In this document: piece by piece, positions 49,388-59,214 of the stretch
Position numbering within the stretch: the stretch's first letter is position 1
Layout: each line of letters begins with the position of its first letter
Assembly: GCA_963804165.1 (NCBI GenBank)
Contig: CAWDPO010000034.1
Location: forward strand, 32,001 to 96,000
DNA length: 64,000 nucleotides
Origin: an uncultured delta proteobacterium
GTDB taxonomy: Bacteria > Desulfobacterota > Binatia > UBA9968
Direction of reading: 5' to 3'
The notes under the pieces: generated by a model
Databases searched by the model: none
Seen by the model: only the letters and a program-made list of their open reading frames with translations
Told to the model about the DNA's origin: nothing
Program-made: the position numbers and the translations under genes

Positions 49388-52054
49388 GTGCAGCGAGAGT
49401 TCGATCAGACCCACGACAAAACGAATCATCGAATCCCCGCGGTTTCGATCCTCATCCCTACGCTCAATGAAGCGGGAAATATTGCGCTTCTTCTGACTCG
49501 TATACTGGCGGTCATTGAGGATAGCGGACTTGCGGCCGAGGTTTTGGTGGTGGACGGCGGCTCCACCGATGGAACCCAGGCCGCCGTTCAAAGGTGGACC
49601 GCCGAGCACCCCGTTCGGTTGATTCAATCCGATGCGCAGCGCGGCCTGGCCGGGGATGTCGTCGCGGCCGCGGAGTCGGCGCGAGGCGAGTTTGTTGTGG
49701 TTCTCGATGCCGACTTGAGTCACCCTCCGGAAGTGATCCCGCAAATTGTCCGGCCGTTGCTGGAGGGCACGCATGACATGGCACTGGCCAGCCGCTACGT
49801 CCGCGGCGGTTCCATGCTCGACTGGCCGTGGACAAGATGGTTGGTATCCCGAATCGCAACGACGTTGGTCCGGCCCTTGGTCAGCGTAAAAGATCCTCTG
49901 TCGGGATTTTTCGCCGTGCGGCGCGAGACCTTGCTTAAGCTGTCGCGCGGGATGTCCGGCTTCAAAATCGCTCTGGAGATCCTCGGCCGCGCCGATGACT
50001 CCTTGCGCGTGATCGAGGTGCCGATCGTATTTCAAAATCGCATCAACGGCCGCTCCAAGTTCGGCATTCGCCAGGTGCGAAATTTTCTGTTCCAACTGGT
50101 GGCTCTTTGCGGCGGCACGCTGGCGCTTGAGTCAAATCCGCAGCTCGCGTTCTCCGGCATCTGCGTCGTGCTTTTGGACGTGCTTGTGTTCAATATCTTT
50201 CTCGGCGCGCAGGTGAATCCCATCATTTCCCAAATCGCCGGTTTCGTCGCCGCGACGATTTTCTATTTGGGTTTCGCGAACGGGATCTTCGCTCGCTTCG
50301 TCAAATCGAACGAAAGTCCCGTTTGGCGAATCTCCGGGCGATTTGCTCTGGTATTCCTGCTGGCGTTCTTCCTTCGCAGCGCGATTTTCACGATGGTGGT
50401 CGAGAGCTGGCCGTGGGCGGTGCAAGCGGCCATTCTTAACGCGGCATTGGTCTCTGCCGGACTGTTTTTCGTCGGCAGTGTTCTGTTTGTATTTCTCGAA
50501 CCGGGCGCCGGCGTCGACTCGCGCGTCCGCTGGCGCATGATTGCGGTGGTCATTGTCGGTTACGTCTCGTTGCTCAAGCTGGCATTCTTGGGGCTGGTGA
50601 ACGCGATGCCGGAGGAAGCTTATTATTGGAACTATGCGCAACATCTGGATATCGGTTACGTCGATCATCCGCCGATGGTTGCCTGGCTCATCTGGCTTTC
50701 GACTTCTCTGTTCGGCAATTCCGAATTTGCCGTTCGTTTGCCGGCGGTTATCTCCTGGACGATCGCCTCTATTTTCATGTTTCGCCTGACCGTGAATCTC
50801 TATGATCGAGCGGCTGCATTTCGCTCGGTTTTGCTTCTCGCGGTGTTGCCGATTTATTTCGGCGTGGGATTTTTCATGACACCGGACGCTCCGTTGTACG
50901 CCGCATGGACCGGCTGCCTCTATTTTCTGGAGCGCGCTCTGCTCGGCGATGACCGCCGCGCGTGGTGGGGCGTGGGTTTGTGCATCGGACTGGGGCTCCT
51001 GGCGAAATACACCATCGCGCTCTTGGGGCTCGGTACTTTGATCTTCGTGCTCGTTGATGCGAAGTCACGGCGCTGGTTGCTTCGCCCGCAACCGTTCCTT
51101 GCCGTGCTCGTGGTCGCGGTGCTTTTCTCACCGGTGCTTTTCTGGAACATGCAAAACGGCTGGGCCTCGTTTGCCTTTCAAGGTTCGAACCGCTGGTCCG
51201 GCAGGCCGGATTTTTCCCTTCATCTGCTCCTCGCCTCGCTCTTGCTCGTGCTGACGCCAGTTGGGTTGATCGTCGCCGGCAAGTTGTTCTTGACTGATCG
51301 AGCTGGCGTGATTGGTTCTCGTCCCGACGACGCTCAGCGCAAGCATCGCCTATGGCTGGTGAGTTTCACTTTAGCTCCATTGGCTGTGTTCGTGATTCAC
51401 AGCCTGCAGAACGACGCCAAGCTTCATTGGACGGGACCTGTATTCCTGGCCGCGATCCCGTTGCTCGCGGGAGATATGGTCGGCCGGATCGGTGAAATGA
51501 CGGGGCCGTGGACGCGACTCCTTCGTCGTGCGTGGATGCCGACGATCGTCGTGCTGCTCCTCACCTACGGCGGCATGTTCCACTATTTCACGCTTGGATT
51601 GCCAGGCTCTCACATGTCGGGGACGCGCGCTTTCGGACCCTGGCGCCAGATGGCAGAGCGGGTTGAGCAGATCGAGCGAGCGCTGGAAAGGAAAACCGGA
51701 GCCGAGCCGGTCATCGTGGGAATGGATAAATACATGATATCGAGCGAAGCGAGCTTTTATGACCTTGCCGACCGTGACGGCGCTCGCAACACGGGCGGCC
51801 CGCATTTATTTGGCGGCCGAAGCCTGATGTGGGAGTACTGGTTGCCCAGGTCAGCCGCAGTCGGCAGGAATCTATTATTGATCGATTTTGATCGGAAACG
51901 GCTTGCGGACCCATCGCTGGAAAAACACTTTGAGCGCATGAGCGACGTCTCAACGGAAACCCTGGAGAGAGACGGGCGCGTCGTCGGATATTTCCACTGG
52001 CGTATCGGTTACGACTACCGTAACACGGACGCAAAACTGTCGGCGTCACAGTAG
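49388..52054 (+). CDS. Fusion: polyprenol-phosphate glycosyltransferase (GT2) + GtrA-like flippase + ArnT/PMT-like GT-C transferase
   Basis: IPTLNE, VDGGSTDGT, DADLSHPP, ASRY; four-TM linker; EEAYYW...DHPP, TPDAP, LAKY. Confidence 0.85.
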   Translation: MQREFDQTHDKTNHRIPAVSILIPTLNEAGNIALLLTRILAVIEDSGLAAEVLVVDGGSTDGTQAAVQRWTAEHPVRLIQSDAQRGLAGDVVAAAESARGEFVVVLDADLSHPPEVIPQIVRPLLEGTHDMALASRYVRGGSMLDWPWTRWLVSRIATTLVRPLVSVKDPLSGFFAVRRETLLKLSRGMSGFKIALEILGRADDSLRVIEVPIVFQNRINGRSKFGIRQVRNFLFQLVALCGGTLALESNPQLAFSGICVVLLDVLVFNIFLGAQVNPIISQIAGFVAATIFYLGFANGIFARFVKSNESPVWRISGRFALVFLLAFFLRSAIFTMVVESWPWAVQAAILNAALVSAGLFFVGSVLFVFLEPGAGVDSRVRWRMIAVVIVGYVSLLKLAFLGLVNAMPEEAYYWNYAQHLDIGYVDHPPMVAWLIWLSTSLFGNSEFAVRLPAVISWTIASIFMFRLTVNLYDRAAAFRSVLLLAVLPIYFGVGFFMTPDAPLYAAWTGCLYFLERALLGDDRRAWWGVGLCIGLGLLAKYTIALLGLGTLIFVLVDAKSRRWLLRPQPFLAVLVVAVLFSPVLFWNMQNGWASFAFQGSNRWSGRPDFSLHLLLASLLLVLTPVGLIVAGKLFLTDRAGVIGSRPDDAQRKHRLWLVSFTLAPLAVFVIHSLQNDAKLHWTGPVFLAAIPLLAGDMVGRIGEMTGPWTRLLRRAWMPTIVVLLLTYGGMFHYFTLGLPGSHMSGTRAFGPWRQMAERVEQIERALERKTGAEPVIVGMDKYMISSEASFYDLADRDGARNTGGPHLFGGRSLMWEYWLPRSAAVGRNLLLIDFDRKRLADPSLEKHFERMSDVSTETLERDGRVVGYFHWRIGYDYRNTDAKLSASQ

Positions 52055-52332
52055 TCACGAACCTATGCCTCAGGGAAGAGGAACGAGGCGGTTCATCCAA
52101 GATTGGCAATCAAAGCGTAGGGCTCGATAAGAAGCACACCGCCAAAAAAAGCATTTCGGCTGCGTCGAGATCTCAGCTGAAGAGGAGAAAGATTTCTCAC
52201 AACGGCATACTGTGTGAAAACTCTCTCGGAGCCCTTCGACGGTGCTCAGGGCGAACGGATAAGTACTCAATTTCTAATGAGACCACACCGTTTGTGGTGA
52301 GCAGCTTGTCCTGAGCCCTTCGGCTTTGCTCA

Positions 52333-53930
52333 GAGCCTGTGAAAAAATCACTCGCCAAGCAAGCGCTCGTATGAGATTGTCGATTCATGGATGAACAAGT
52401 TTTTATTTTTCCGTGTATGCCAGAGAGTAGTGCGGCTCGGTCCGAGAGGCCACCCCCGAGTGGAGCGCCGAGGGTGTTGACAGCGCAGCGTGATCAGATT
52501 GCGCTTCGGCCGGTGGACCTTGAGGCCACGGTAGGGCCGGAGCATGCGGTGCGCAACGTGTGGGCATTCGTGGAGAGACTGGATTTGTCGGCGCTGTATG
52601 CCGAGATCGGCTCGGTAGAAGGTCGGGCGGGTCGAGCAGCCATTGACCCTAAGATTCTGATGGCGCTGTGGCTGTACGCGACGGTGGATGCAGTGGGGAG
52701 CGCGCGGGAAATCGAACGATTGAGCGAGACGCACGACGCGTATCGATGGATCTGTGGTGGGGTAAATGTGAACCACCACACGTTGTCGGATTTCCGCTGC
52801 GCCCGGGTAGATGTGCTCGACGAGCTGCTCAGCGAAAGTGTCGCGGTGTTGGTCAATAAGGGTTTGGTGCGGCTGGAGTGCGTGGCGCAGGACGGGATAC
52901 GGGTGCGTGCCAGTGCGGGGGCGGGATCTTTTCGCCGCCGCTCGACATTGGAGTTGTGTCTTAAGCAAGCGCGCGCGCAAGTCCAAGCGCTCAAGGACGA
53001 AATCGATGCCGATCCTCATGTTAGCAACCGGCGTCGGTGCGCGGCCCGGGAGCGAGCGAGCAAGGAACGTGAAGCGCGCTTGGCCCAAGCGCTGGAGCAA
53101 TTGGCTGAGGTCGAGAAGCAAAAGAACAAGAAAAAGGGGGAGAAAAAAGAGAACGAGAGCGAGGAGCAATACCGAAAGCGCAGCGAGCCGAGGGCATCGA
53201 GCACCGATGCTCAGGCGCGAGTGATGAAGATGGCGGACGGCGGTTTTCGCCCTGCCTACAACGTGCAGTTGGCGAGCACTCCCCAAAGCCAGATCATTGT
53301 CGGAGTCGAAGTAAACAGCTGCGGCAGCGATGGGGGCCAGCTTTCCCGATGCTCGAGCAAGTCCAACGGCGCTATAAACAACGTCCCGCCGAGTGGTTGG
53401 TCGACGGTGGTTTTGCCAACGATGCTGACATTGAAGATGCCCACAGAGGGGGCACTATCGTCTATGCTCCAGTGCGCCGCCCTAGAAACTCCAGCCGTGA
53501 TCCGTATGTGCCGCTGCCCGATGACAGCCAGGCGCTTGCCCAGTGGCGCCAGCGCATGGGCACTGAGGCGGCCAAGGAGATTTACAAGCAACGCGCCGCC
53601 ACCGCTGAATGTGTGAACGCCATTGCGCGCGGCCGCGGGCTTAGCCAGTTTTTGGTGCGCGGGCTTAACAAGGTCAAAGCGGTGTCGTTGTGGTACGCCC
53701 TCGCGCACAACTTGATGCGGGCAGTGACGCTCATCCAACCGGCGTAACACCTCTTGGCAAAAACCAGCGCACAGACGCAAAACACCACTGCGAGCACCAC
53801 GCCTCCCAGTCTCGCGTTGTACTCGGTGGAGGACAATTGCGCCGCCGGCAACGACGATTTTTCTAAAACCCTGCACTCGGCTCGCGCCAGTGTAGAAGCG
53901 GCCGTTATTTGGATATTTTTTCACAGGCTC
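52333..53930 (+). mobile_element. IS1182-family insertion sequence
   Basis: IRs GAGCCTGTGAAAAAAT and ATTTTTTCACAGGCTC; TCA duplicated on both sides. Confidence 0.88.
52387..53747 (+). CDS. IS1182-family transposase, frameshift near 53345
   Basis: DPKILMALWLYA, NHHTLSDFR, QDG, PAYNVQ, DGG, YKQRAATAE. Confidence 0.88.
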
Positions 53931-54074
53931 TCAGGATAAACTCCGCCGAAGGAAACCATGAACGGTGTTTTCACACAGTCTGACGGTCGAAATGACAGTA
54001 GTGTAATTTGGCGGTTCGCACACGCTCAGCGAAGCCGTGAGCTGAGCTATCGCGGAGAAATCCTTCCGAATATT

Positions 54075-54509
54075 TTACGCCGGCCGAAACTTCGGCAGGG
54101 TGTAATCCTCGTTATCCTCGTATACCACTTCCACCGGCATGCCGATCTTTACTTGCTCCGGCGCGCAGTCGATGACGTTTGAAATCAGACGCGGGCCTTC
54201 GTCGAGATCGACTAAGGAAACGTTATAAGGTGTCTTGCCCTCGTAGGACGGATGCCAAGCGCGGTGGTAATTGACGAACGAGTAAACTGTGCCCTTGCCG
54301 CTCAACTGTTTCCACTCATAATCCGTCGACAGGCAGTGCGGGCAGGAGCCTTGCGGAGGAAAAGTGAAAAATGTGCCGCAAGCGTTGCAGCGCTGGGCGG
54401 TGAGCTTGTGCTCGCGCAGATTCGCCCAAAAAGGCTTCGCTTCAAGCTCTTCGAGAAAAGGTTTGACGCTAGCGATCGCTCTGCCGCGTTTGTCGCTGGT
54501 TTTGCTCAT
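54075..54509 (-). CDS. DUF35 Zn-ribbon/OB-fold protein
   Basis: CNAC..CPHC, SGKGTVYSF, VDLDEGPR; overlaps thiolase-like stop. Confidence 0.92.
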   Translation of the reverse strand: MSKTSDKRGRAIASVKPFLEELEAKPFWANLREHKLTAQRCNACGTFFTFPPQGSCPHCLSTDYEWKQLSGKGTVYSFVNYHRAWHPSYEGKTPYNVSLVDLDEGPRLISNVIDCAPEQVKIGMPVEVVYEDNEDYTLPKFRPA

Positions 54510-55660
54510 AGTGCCCCCAAGATCAAGCTGGCGTGCATGCACAGGCTACCGCCGTGGCCGCTGACGACGCCGGCTTTGGCGTTTTTTACCTGGCGTTCGG
54601 GTTCGACTTCGTTGCCGCGCAGTTGGCGCACGGCTTCGGTGACGTGCAGCATGCCTTCGATGTGCGCTTGCGAGAGCAGGCCGCCATGGGTATTGACCGG
54701 CAATTCACCGCCGACTTCGATGCGGCCGTTCTTGACGAAGTCTTTGCCTTCGCCTTTTTTGCAAAAGCCGTAATCCTCCAACGTGATCATCGTCGTGATC
54801 GTGAAGCAGTCATAGATCTCGGCGAAGTTCATGTCGTGAGGTCGCAAGCCGGCCATTTTGTAGGCCAGCTCTGAGGACTTCTTGCCGCCTAAAGTGGTGA
54901 GACTGGGCGCGTCCATCAAACTGAAGTGCGGATGATGCTGTCCCATGCCGAGAATCGCCACGGGTTTTTTCGGAAAGTCGCGCGCGCGCTCGGCGCTGGT
55001 GACGATCACCGCGCCGCCGCCGTCGGATTCGAGCGCGCAATCGAACAGACGCAGCGGCTCGCATATAAAGCGCGACGCTTGATGATCCGCGATGGTCATG
55101 GGTTTGCGCATCGTGGCGTTGTTGTTCATGCAAGCGTGTTTGCGCGTCGCGACGGCGACATGGGCGAGATCCTCGCTGGTGGTGCCGAACTCGTACATGT
55201 GACGCTGCGCCGCGAAAGCGTGGTTGGCTACCGCCGAGAAATGCCCCCACGGCTCCTCCCAATGCTCGTCGCCATGGCGGATTGGATTTCCCGGGGTGGG
55301 ATCGGGGGTTGCGCGCTTGCGCGCATGCACGCACAGCACCGTATTCGCCATCCCAGCTTCGATGGCCATGACCGCATTCTGCACCATGGCGATGGGCGTT
55401 GCGCCGCCTAGGGCGAGGTCCGTGGCATAGCTCGGGCTCATGCGCGCCATGTTCGCCATGCGGACGGCGTAGCTTCGATGGGCATCGTTGAGCGGCTGAT
55501 TGGTGATGAAACCGTCGACGTCGCTTGCTTTGATGCCGGCGTCGTCCAGACAGGTCTTGATGCATTCGAGATGCAGCGAATGCGTACTCGCATCGGGTCG
55601 CTTGCCGACTTTGGTTTCAGCGACGCCGACGATCGCATATTTGCCGCTGATATTGCTCAT
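54506..55660 (-). CDS. Thiolase-like (SCP2/Ltp2-type) protein
   Basis: PLRLFDC..SDGG, EIYDCF, VNTHGGLLS; N-terminal catalytic Cys position reads LGGAT. Confidence 0.88.
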   Translation of the reverse strand: MSNISGKYAIVGVAETKVGKRPDASTHSLHLECIKTCLDDAGIKASDVDGFITNQPLNDAHRSYAVRMANMARMSPSYATDLALGGATPIAMVQNAVMAIEAGMANTVLCVHARKRATPDPTPGNPIRHGDEHWEEPWGHFSAVANHAFAAQRHMYEFGTTSEDLAHVAVATRKHACMNNNATMRKPMTIADHQASRFICEPLRLFDCALESDGGGAVIVTSAERARDFPKKPVAILGMGQHHPHFSLMDAPSLTTLGGKKSSELAYKMAGLRPHDMNFAEIYDCFTITTMITLEDYGFCKKGEGKDFVKNGRIEVGGELPVNTHGGLLSQAHIEGMLHVTEAVRQLRGNEVEPERQVKNAKAGVVSGHGGSLCMHASLILGAL

Positions 55661-55680
55661 GGGGTCCTCCGGATGATGCT

Positions 55681-55759
55681 TGGAGTGATGGAGTATCGGA
55701 GTGTTGAGACATTGGGCGGAAGCGCGTCACTCCAGTCCTCTAACACTGCAATACTCCAA
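55681..55759. repeat. Periodic tandem-inverted repeat (TGGAGT core, 8-bp period), degenerate
   Basis: tggagtga tggagtat cggagtgt tgagacat ... cactccag tcctctaa cactgcaa tactccaa. Confidence 0.8.
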
Positions 55760-55776
55760 GTCGTGCAATTTTGAAA

Positions 55777-56790
55777 CTACCTAGCGGATTGAGCGAGGCT
55801 TTTTGTGAAGCCGGTTTTCTCGAGCTCGGCGATGAAGCTGGCGTCCATGAATGCTTCGGGTTTGTGGTTCCATACGTCGGGACGTTGTTGCGCGACGTAC
55901 TCGTAAGTCGGCTGCAAGCCTTGGGTGATCGGGTAGGGGACGGAGATGAAATCTTTCCGATAAATCTCGTAGGAGCCTTCCAGCAATTCGCGATCGTTGG
56001 TCTTCAAGTATTTGCTCAGCACTTTCATACTGAACTCTTTGTTGCTCTTCAGCAGATGAATACCCTCCACGTGCGCCTTGAGCATGCGCATCACGCCGTC
56101 GCGGTCGTCGATGGTGTGTTTTCGGCGGGTGACGATCGACATCGACGGATAGCTGACTTCCTGTTTCGCATCCCACAATATGCGGTAGCCTTTTCGCTCC
56201 GCTTGGACGTCGGCGGGATGGGACAGATCCGCGGCATCGACTGCGCCGTTGAACAAAGCCTGCAGCCTGTCGGGTTGAGTGCCGATGGCGAGCATGATCA
56301 TGTCTTTGACCGGATCCATGCCGTACTTCTTGATGATGTAGCGCTCGAGAAAATCTCCGAGAGAGCCGAATCCAGAAACCGCAATGCGCTTGCCGCGGAG
56401 GTCCTCCGGTTTTTTTATATCCGGGCGCACGAGCAACTTGCTCTGCACGCCGGCGACGGTGTGGGCCACCGTGACAAGATCGGCACCGCTCAAGTTGGCG
56501 CCCATGACGGTCGTCAGCGTGCAGGGCGCGCCGAGGATACTGCCGCCGATGATTGCTTGCGCCGATTGTCCCGAGCCGCGCAGTAGCACCAGCTCGGCCT
56601 CCAAACCATACTTCTCGTAGAGTTTGGCTTCTTTGGCGATCCACGGAATCCACTGCGACGCGGAAAGCGAAGTAACACCCCAGTGAAATTTCCTGAGCGG
56701 CTTGTCTTGCGCGTAAGCTGCAGCCGCGGAGAGACTCGTGAATAAAAGAAGCACAATTGAACAAAAATATGTCTGGCTGTTTTTGAACAC
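55777..56790 (-). CDS. ABC substrate-binding protein, NMT1/SsuA-like
   Basis: PWIAKE, DLRGKRIAV, RLQAL; GTG start with GAGG SD. Confidence 0.88.
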   Translation of the reverse strand: MFKNSQTYFCSIVLLLFTSLSAAAAYAQDKPLRKFHWGVTSLSASQWIPWIAKEAKLYEKYGLEAELVLLRGSGQSAQAIIGGSILGAPCTLTTVMGANLSGADLVTVAHTVAGVQSKLLVRPDIKKPEDLRGKRIAVSGFGSLGDFLERYIIKKYGMDPVKDMIMLAIGTQPDRLQALFNGAVDAADLSHPADVQAERKGYRILWDAKQEVSYPSMSIVTRRKHTIDDRDGVMRMLKAHVEGIHLLKSNKEFSMKVLSKYLKTNDRELLEGSYEIYRKDFISVPYPITQGLQPTYEYVAQQRPDVWNHKPEAFMDASFIAELEKTGFTKSLAQSAR

Positions 56791-56800
56791 GCTTACCTCG

Positions 56801-56828
56801 GAGGGCAGACACATAGGTCTGCCCCTAC
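56801..56828 (-). repeat. GTAG-type REP
   Basis: Minus strand GTAGGGGCAGAC-CTATGT-GTCTGCCC. Confidence 0.75.
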
Positions 56829-56856
56829 AAAACAAAACCATACCGTTTGTTTTTCT

Positions 56857-56898
56857 GTTGCCTGTTGCCTCGCGCCTGTTGCCTCAAGCCTCACGCCT
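56857..56898. repeat. 7-bp periodic tandem repeat NNNGCCT x6
   Basis: gttgcct gttgcct cgcgcct gttgcct caagcct cacgcct abutting a stop codon. Confidence 0.85.
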
Positions 56899-57982
56899 AA
56901 ATGTTATACAACCGCGCCGCGTTGTCGCACATAAGTTTACGCAGCTGACTTGCGCTCAGATTCTTACGCTCCGTGACTGATTCCACGGTGTGGGGAAACT
57001 TGCTATCGCCGTGGTTGTAGTCGGAAGCGAAAACTAGCCGATCTTCGCCGACGAAATCCATGACGAAGTTCAAAGTGTATTCATCGGGTTCGAACGAATA
57101 GTAAACCTGCTCGCTGCGCATGTAATCGCTCGGCGGCTTTTTCATCAGCGGCACGGTCGGCTGTAGATACTCATAGTGTTCGTCCAAACGTTCCATCCAG
57201 TAGGGCACCCAACCGGCGCCGGCTTCGAGAAAGGCCACTTTCAATTTTGGATAGAGCTCCAGGATGCCGCCGCCAACGATGCACATGACGCCGATCATCT
57301 GCTCGAAGGCATGGGTGGTGGCGTGGACAAAAAAAGCGTTATCGAAGCGATCGGCAGCGGCCGCTGGCCTGCCCGAACCGACGTGCACGCATACGGGAAT
57401 GCCGAGTTCTTCAGCCTTGGCATAGAAGGGGTAGAAATCAGGATGGTCCAAATTCCGTCCCGCTGAATGGGCGGAAGTCGCGACGGCGACAAAACCCAAC
57501 TCTTTGACGCAGCGTTCGAGTTCCTTCACGGCTTCTTTGGGCTCCTGCATGGCGACCAGCGCCACACCTTTTAAGCGCTTCGGGTTGGTCTTACAGTAGC
57601 TGTCAAGCCAGGTGTTGTAGGCGTGTGCGATCGCACAGGCGAGATCGTGGTTTTCGAGGAACGGCAAGCTAAGAAACACAGTGGTGCCGAAGTTGACCGC
57701 GGTGTCGATCTTTTCGAGATCCATGTCTTTGATGCGCTGAATCGGGTCGAACATCCCCGTGGTTTTCTGCGGCCTGCGGCTATAGGGCGCGGTGCCGATG
57801 CCGAGACCGGTTCCTGAAGGCTTCGCCCAGATTTTTCCTTCCAACAGCAGTTGCTCCTTGCCGTCGGGGCCCGCGATCATTTTTGGCGCATGCTTTCTAT
57901 AGGGCGCATCCAATAGCTCCTGCCAGTCGGCATCGCGTTCCTGCACGTGTCCGTCGGCGTCGATGATGCGAAGATTGTCCAT
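56897..57982 (-). CDS. Amidohydrolase_2 family protein
   Basis: IDADGH, DMDLEKID, FLEAG, ASDYNHGD. Confidence 0.9.
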   Translation of the reverse strand: MDNLRIIDADGHVQERDADWQELLDAPYRKHAPKMIAGPDGKEQLLLEGKIWAKPSGTGLGIGTAPYSRRPQKTTGMFDPIQRIKDMDLEKIDTAVNFGTTVFLSLPFLENHDLACAIAHAYNTWLDSYCKTNPKRLKGVALVAMQEPKEAVKELERCVKELGFVAVATSAHSAGRNLDHPDFYPFYAKAEELGIPVCVHVGSGRPAAAADRFDNAFFVHATTHAFEQMIGVMCIVGGGILELYPKLKVAFLEAGAGWVPYWMERLDEHYEYLQPTVPLMKKPPSDYMRSEQVYYSFEPDEYTLNFVMDFVGEDRLVFASDYNHGDSKFPHTVESVTERKNLSASQLRKLMCDNAARLYNI

Positions 57983-58048
57983 GCTTGTTCTCCTTGAACT
58001 GATTTGCCGTAGGTTTCGCTTAAGGACGAACGAGTAACAGGCAAAAAT

Positions 58049-58077
58049 GTAGAGGCGGGTTTGAAACCCGCCCCTAC
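58049..58077 (+). repeat. GTAG-type REP
   Basis: GTAGAGGCGGGTTTGAAACCCGCCCCTAC. Confidence 0.8.
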
Positions 58078-58098
58078 TCCTGCCACAACCAAGATCTC

Positions 58099-59145
58099 CT
58101 ATTTCCGCGTGATCCCGAGCAAAAGTTTATCCCACTTCTCCAAATCCTTTTCATACTGCTCCGTCGTCAATCCGCGCTCGGGGCGCCATTTCTTGAATCC
58201 GTAGTCTTTTGTGCCGCTGCCATAATAGTACTTCTCCAACACCTGTTGGCCTGACGGGCTCAAAAGAAAATCCGCCATCAGCAGCGCAGCGTGAGGGTGA
58301 GGTGGGTTTGCGGCGACGGCTGCGCTGCCGACATTCGTGGGAACCAGGTCCATCGGCACCCACTCCACGGGCGCGCCCTTCGATGCCGCCAATAGAGTGT
58401 GAGTCTGAAAAATCGCCGGCGAAGCCACGATCTCGCCGGTGGTGATCGTGTTCACCAAAGCCGGCGCGTCGATGGAGTAGAGCTTGATCTCCTGCCCCTT
58501 GAGCTTGCGCACCATCTCTTCGCCTCTCGACTTGATCATCGCGCCAACGATCTTGTCGCTCGTCTGGCCGACGCTGATGCCCATCTTACCTTTAAGCGCT
58601 GGGTGGAAAAGTCCGTCGAAATTCTTCGGCACGGCGTCTTTCGGCACGATAGATTTGTTGTAGGTGAAGCCGATATAAGATTCCCGCGCCAGCGCCCAGT
58701 AGACGAGGTTTTTGTCGGCGCGCTCCTTTCCATCTTCAGGGTACTTGTCCAGGTAGGGGGAATCGTAGGGGCGCAGCAGTTTGTCGTCGCGCAAGAAAAT
58801 GAGGCTTCCCTCGGTGGTCTCGATCGTGTCCGCGATATTTCGCCGCGCTTTGGCTTCTTCCTGCATACGCACGACCAAGTCGGCTCCCTGGGCTCGGTAC
58901 GAATCTACCTTCACGCCCGGATATTTGCTCTCGAACGCCTTGACCAACTCCTTGTAGGAGTCGCCGGCGAGAGATGTGTACCAAACGATCCTGCCTTCCG
59001 TCTTGGCGCCGGCATAAAGCACGGCCTCCCGATCGGCGCCGCGATAGGTGACTAACTCGGCGATCGTGGACGGCTTGCGCGCTTGTCCCCAAGCGCTGTT
59101 TGACAGAAAGAGAAGAGTAAAAATGAATAAACTTATGATTTTCAT
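58099..59145 (-). CDS. ABC substrate-binding protein, Fe(III)/thiamine-type
   Basis: GAKTEG..WYTS, FESKYPG, PHPHAALL..DF. Confidence 0.88.
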   Translation of the reverse strand: MKIISLFIFTLLFLSNSAWGQARKPSTIAELVTYRGADREAVLYAGAKTEGRIVWYTSLAGDSYKELVKAFESKYPGVKVDSYRAQGADLVVRMQEEAKARRNIADTIETTEGSLIFLRDDKLLRPYDSPYLDKYPEDGKERADKNLVYWALARESYIGFTYNKSIVPKDAVPKNFDGLFHPALKGKMGISVGQTSDKIVGAMIKSRGEEMVRKLKGQEIKLYSIDAPALVNTITTGEIVASPAIFQTHTLLAASKGAPVEWVPMDLVPTNVGSAAVAANPPHPHAALLMADFLLSPSGQQVLEKYYYGSGTKDYGFKKWRPERGLTTEQYEKDLEKWDKLLLGITRK

Positions 59146-59214
59146 TTCATCGTCTCCTTTGCCGCAGGGTTAGTGGATCGTTATCTATCTGCGTGCTTCA
59201 CGTCATCAAAGCCG

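Larger units (their letters stand above)
52206..53982. mobile_element. MITE with IS1182-like ends, interrupted by an IS1182 copy
   Basis: IRs CATACTGTGTGAAAAC 52206-52221 and GTTTTCACACAGTCTG 53967-53982 (15/16); ACGG duplicated at 52202-52205 and 53983-53986. Confidence 0.75.

Noticed and set aside
53335-53350. Programmed frameshift in the IS1182 transposase
   Set aside because: No slippery heptamer at the site; IS1182 transposases are normally single ORFs, so an indel is more likely.
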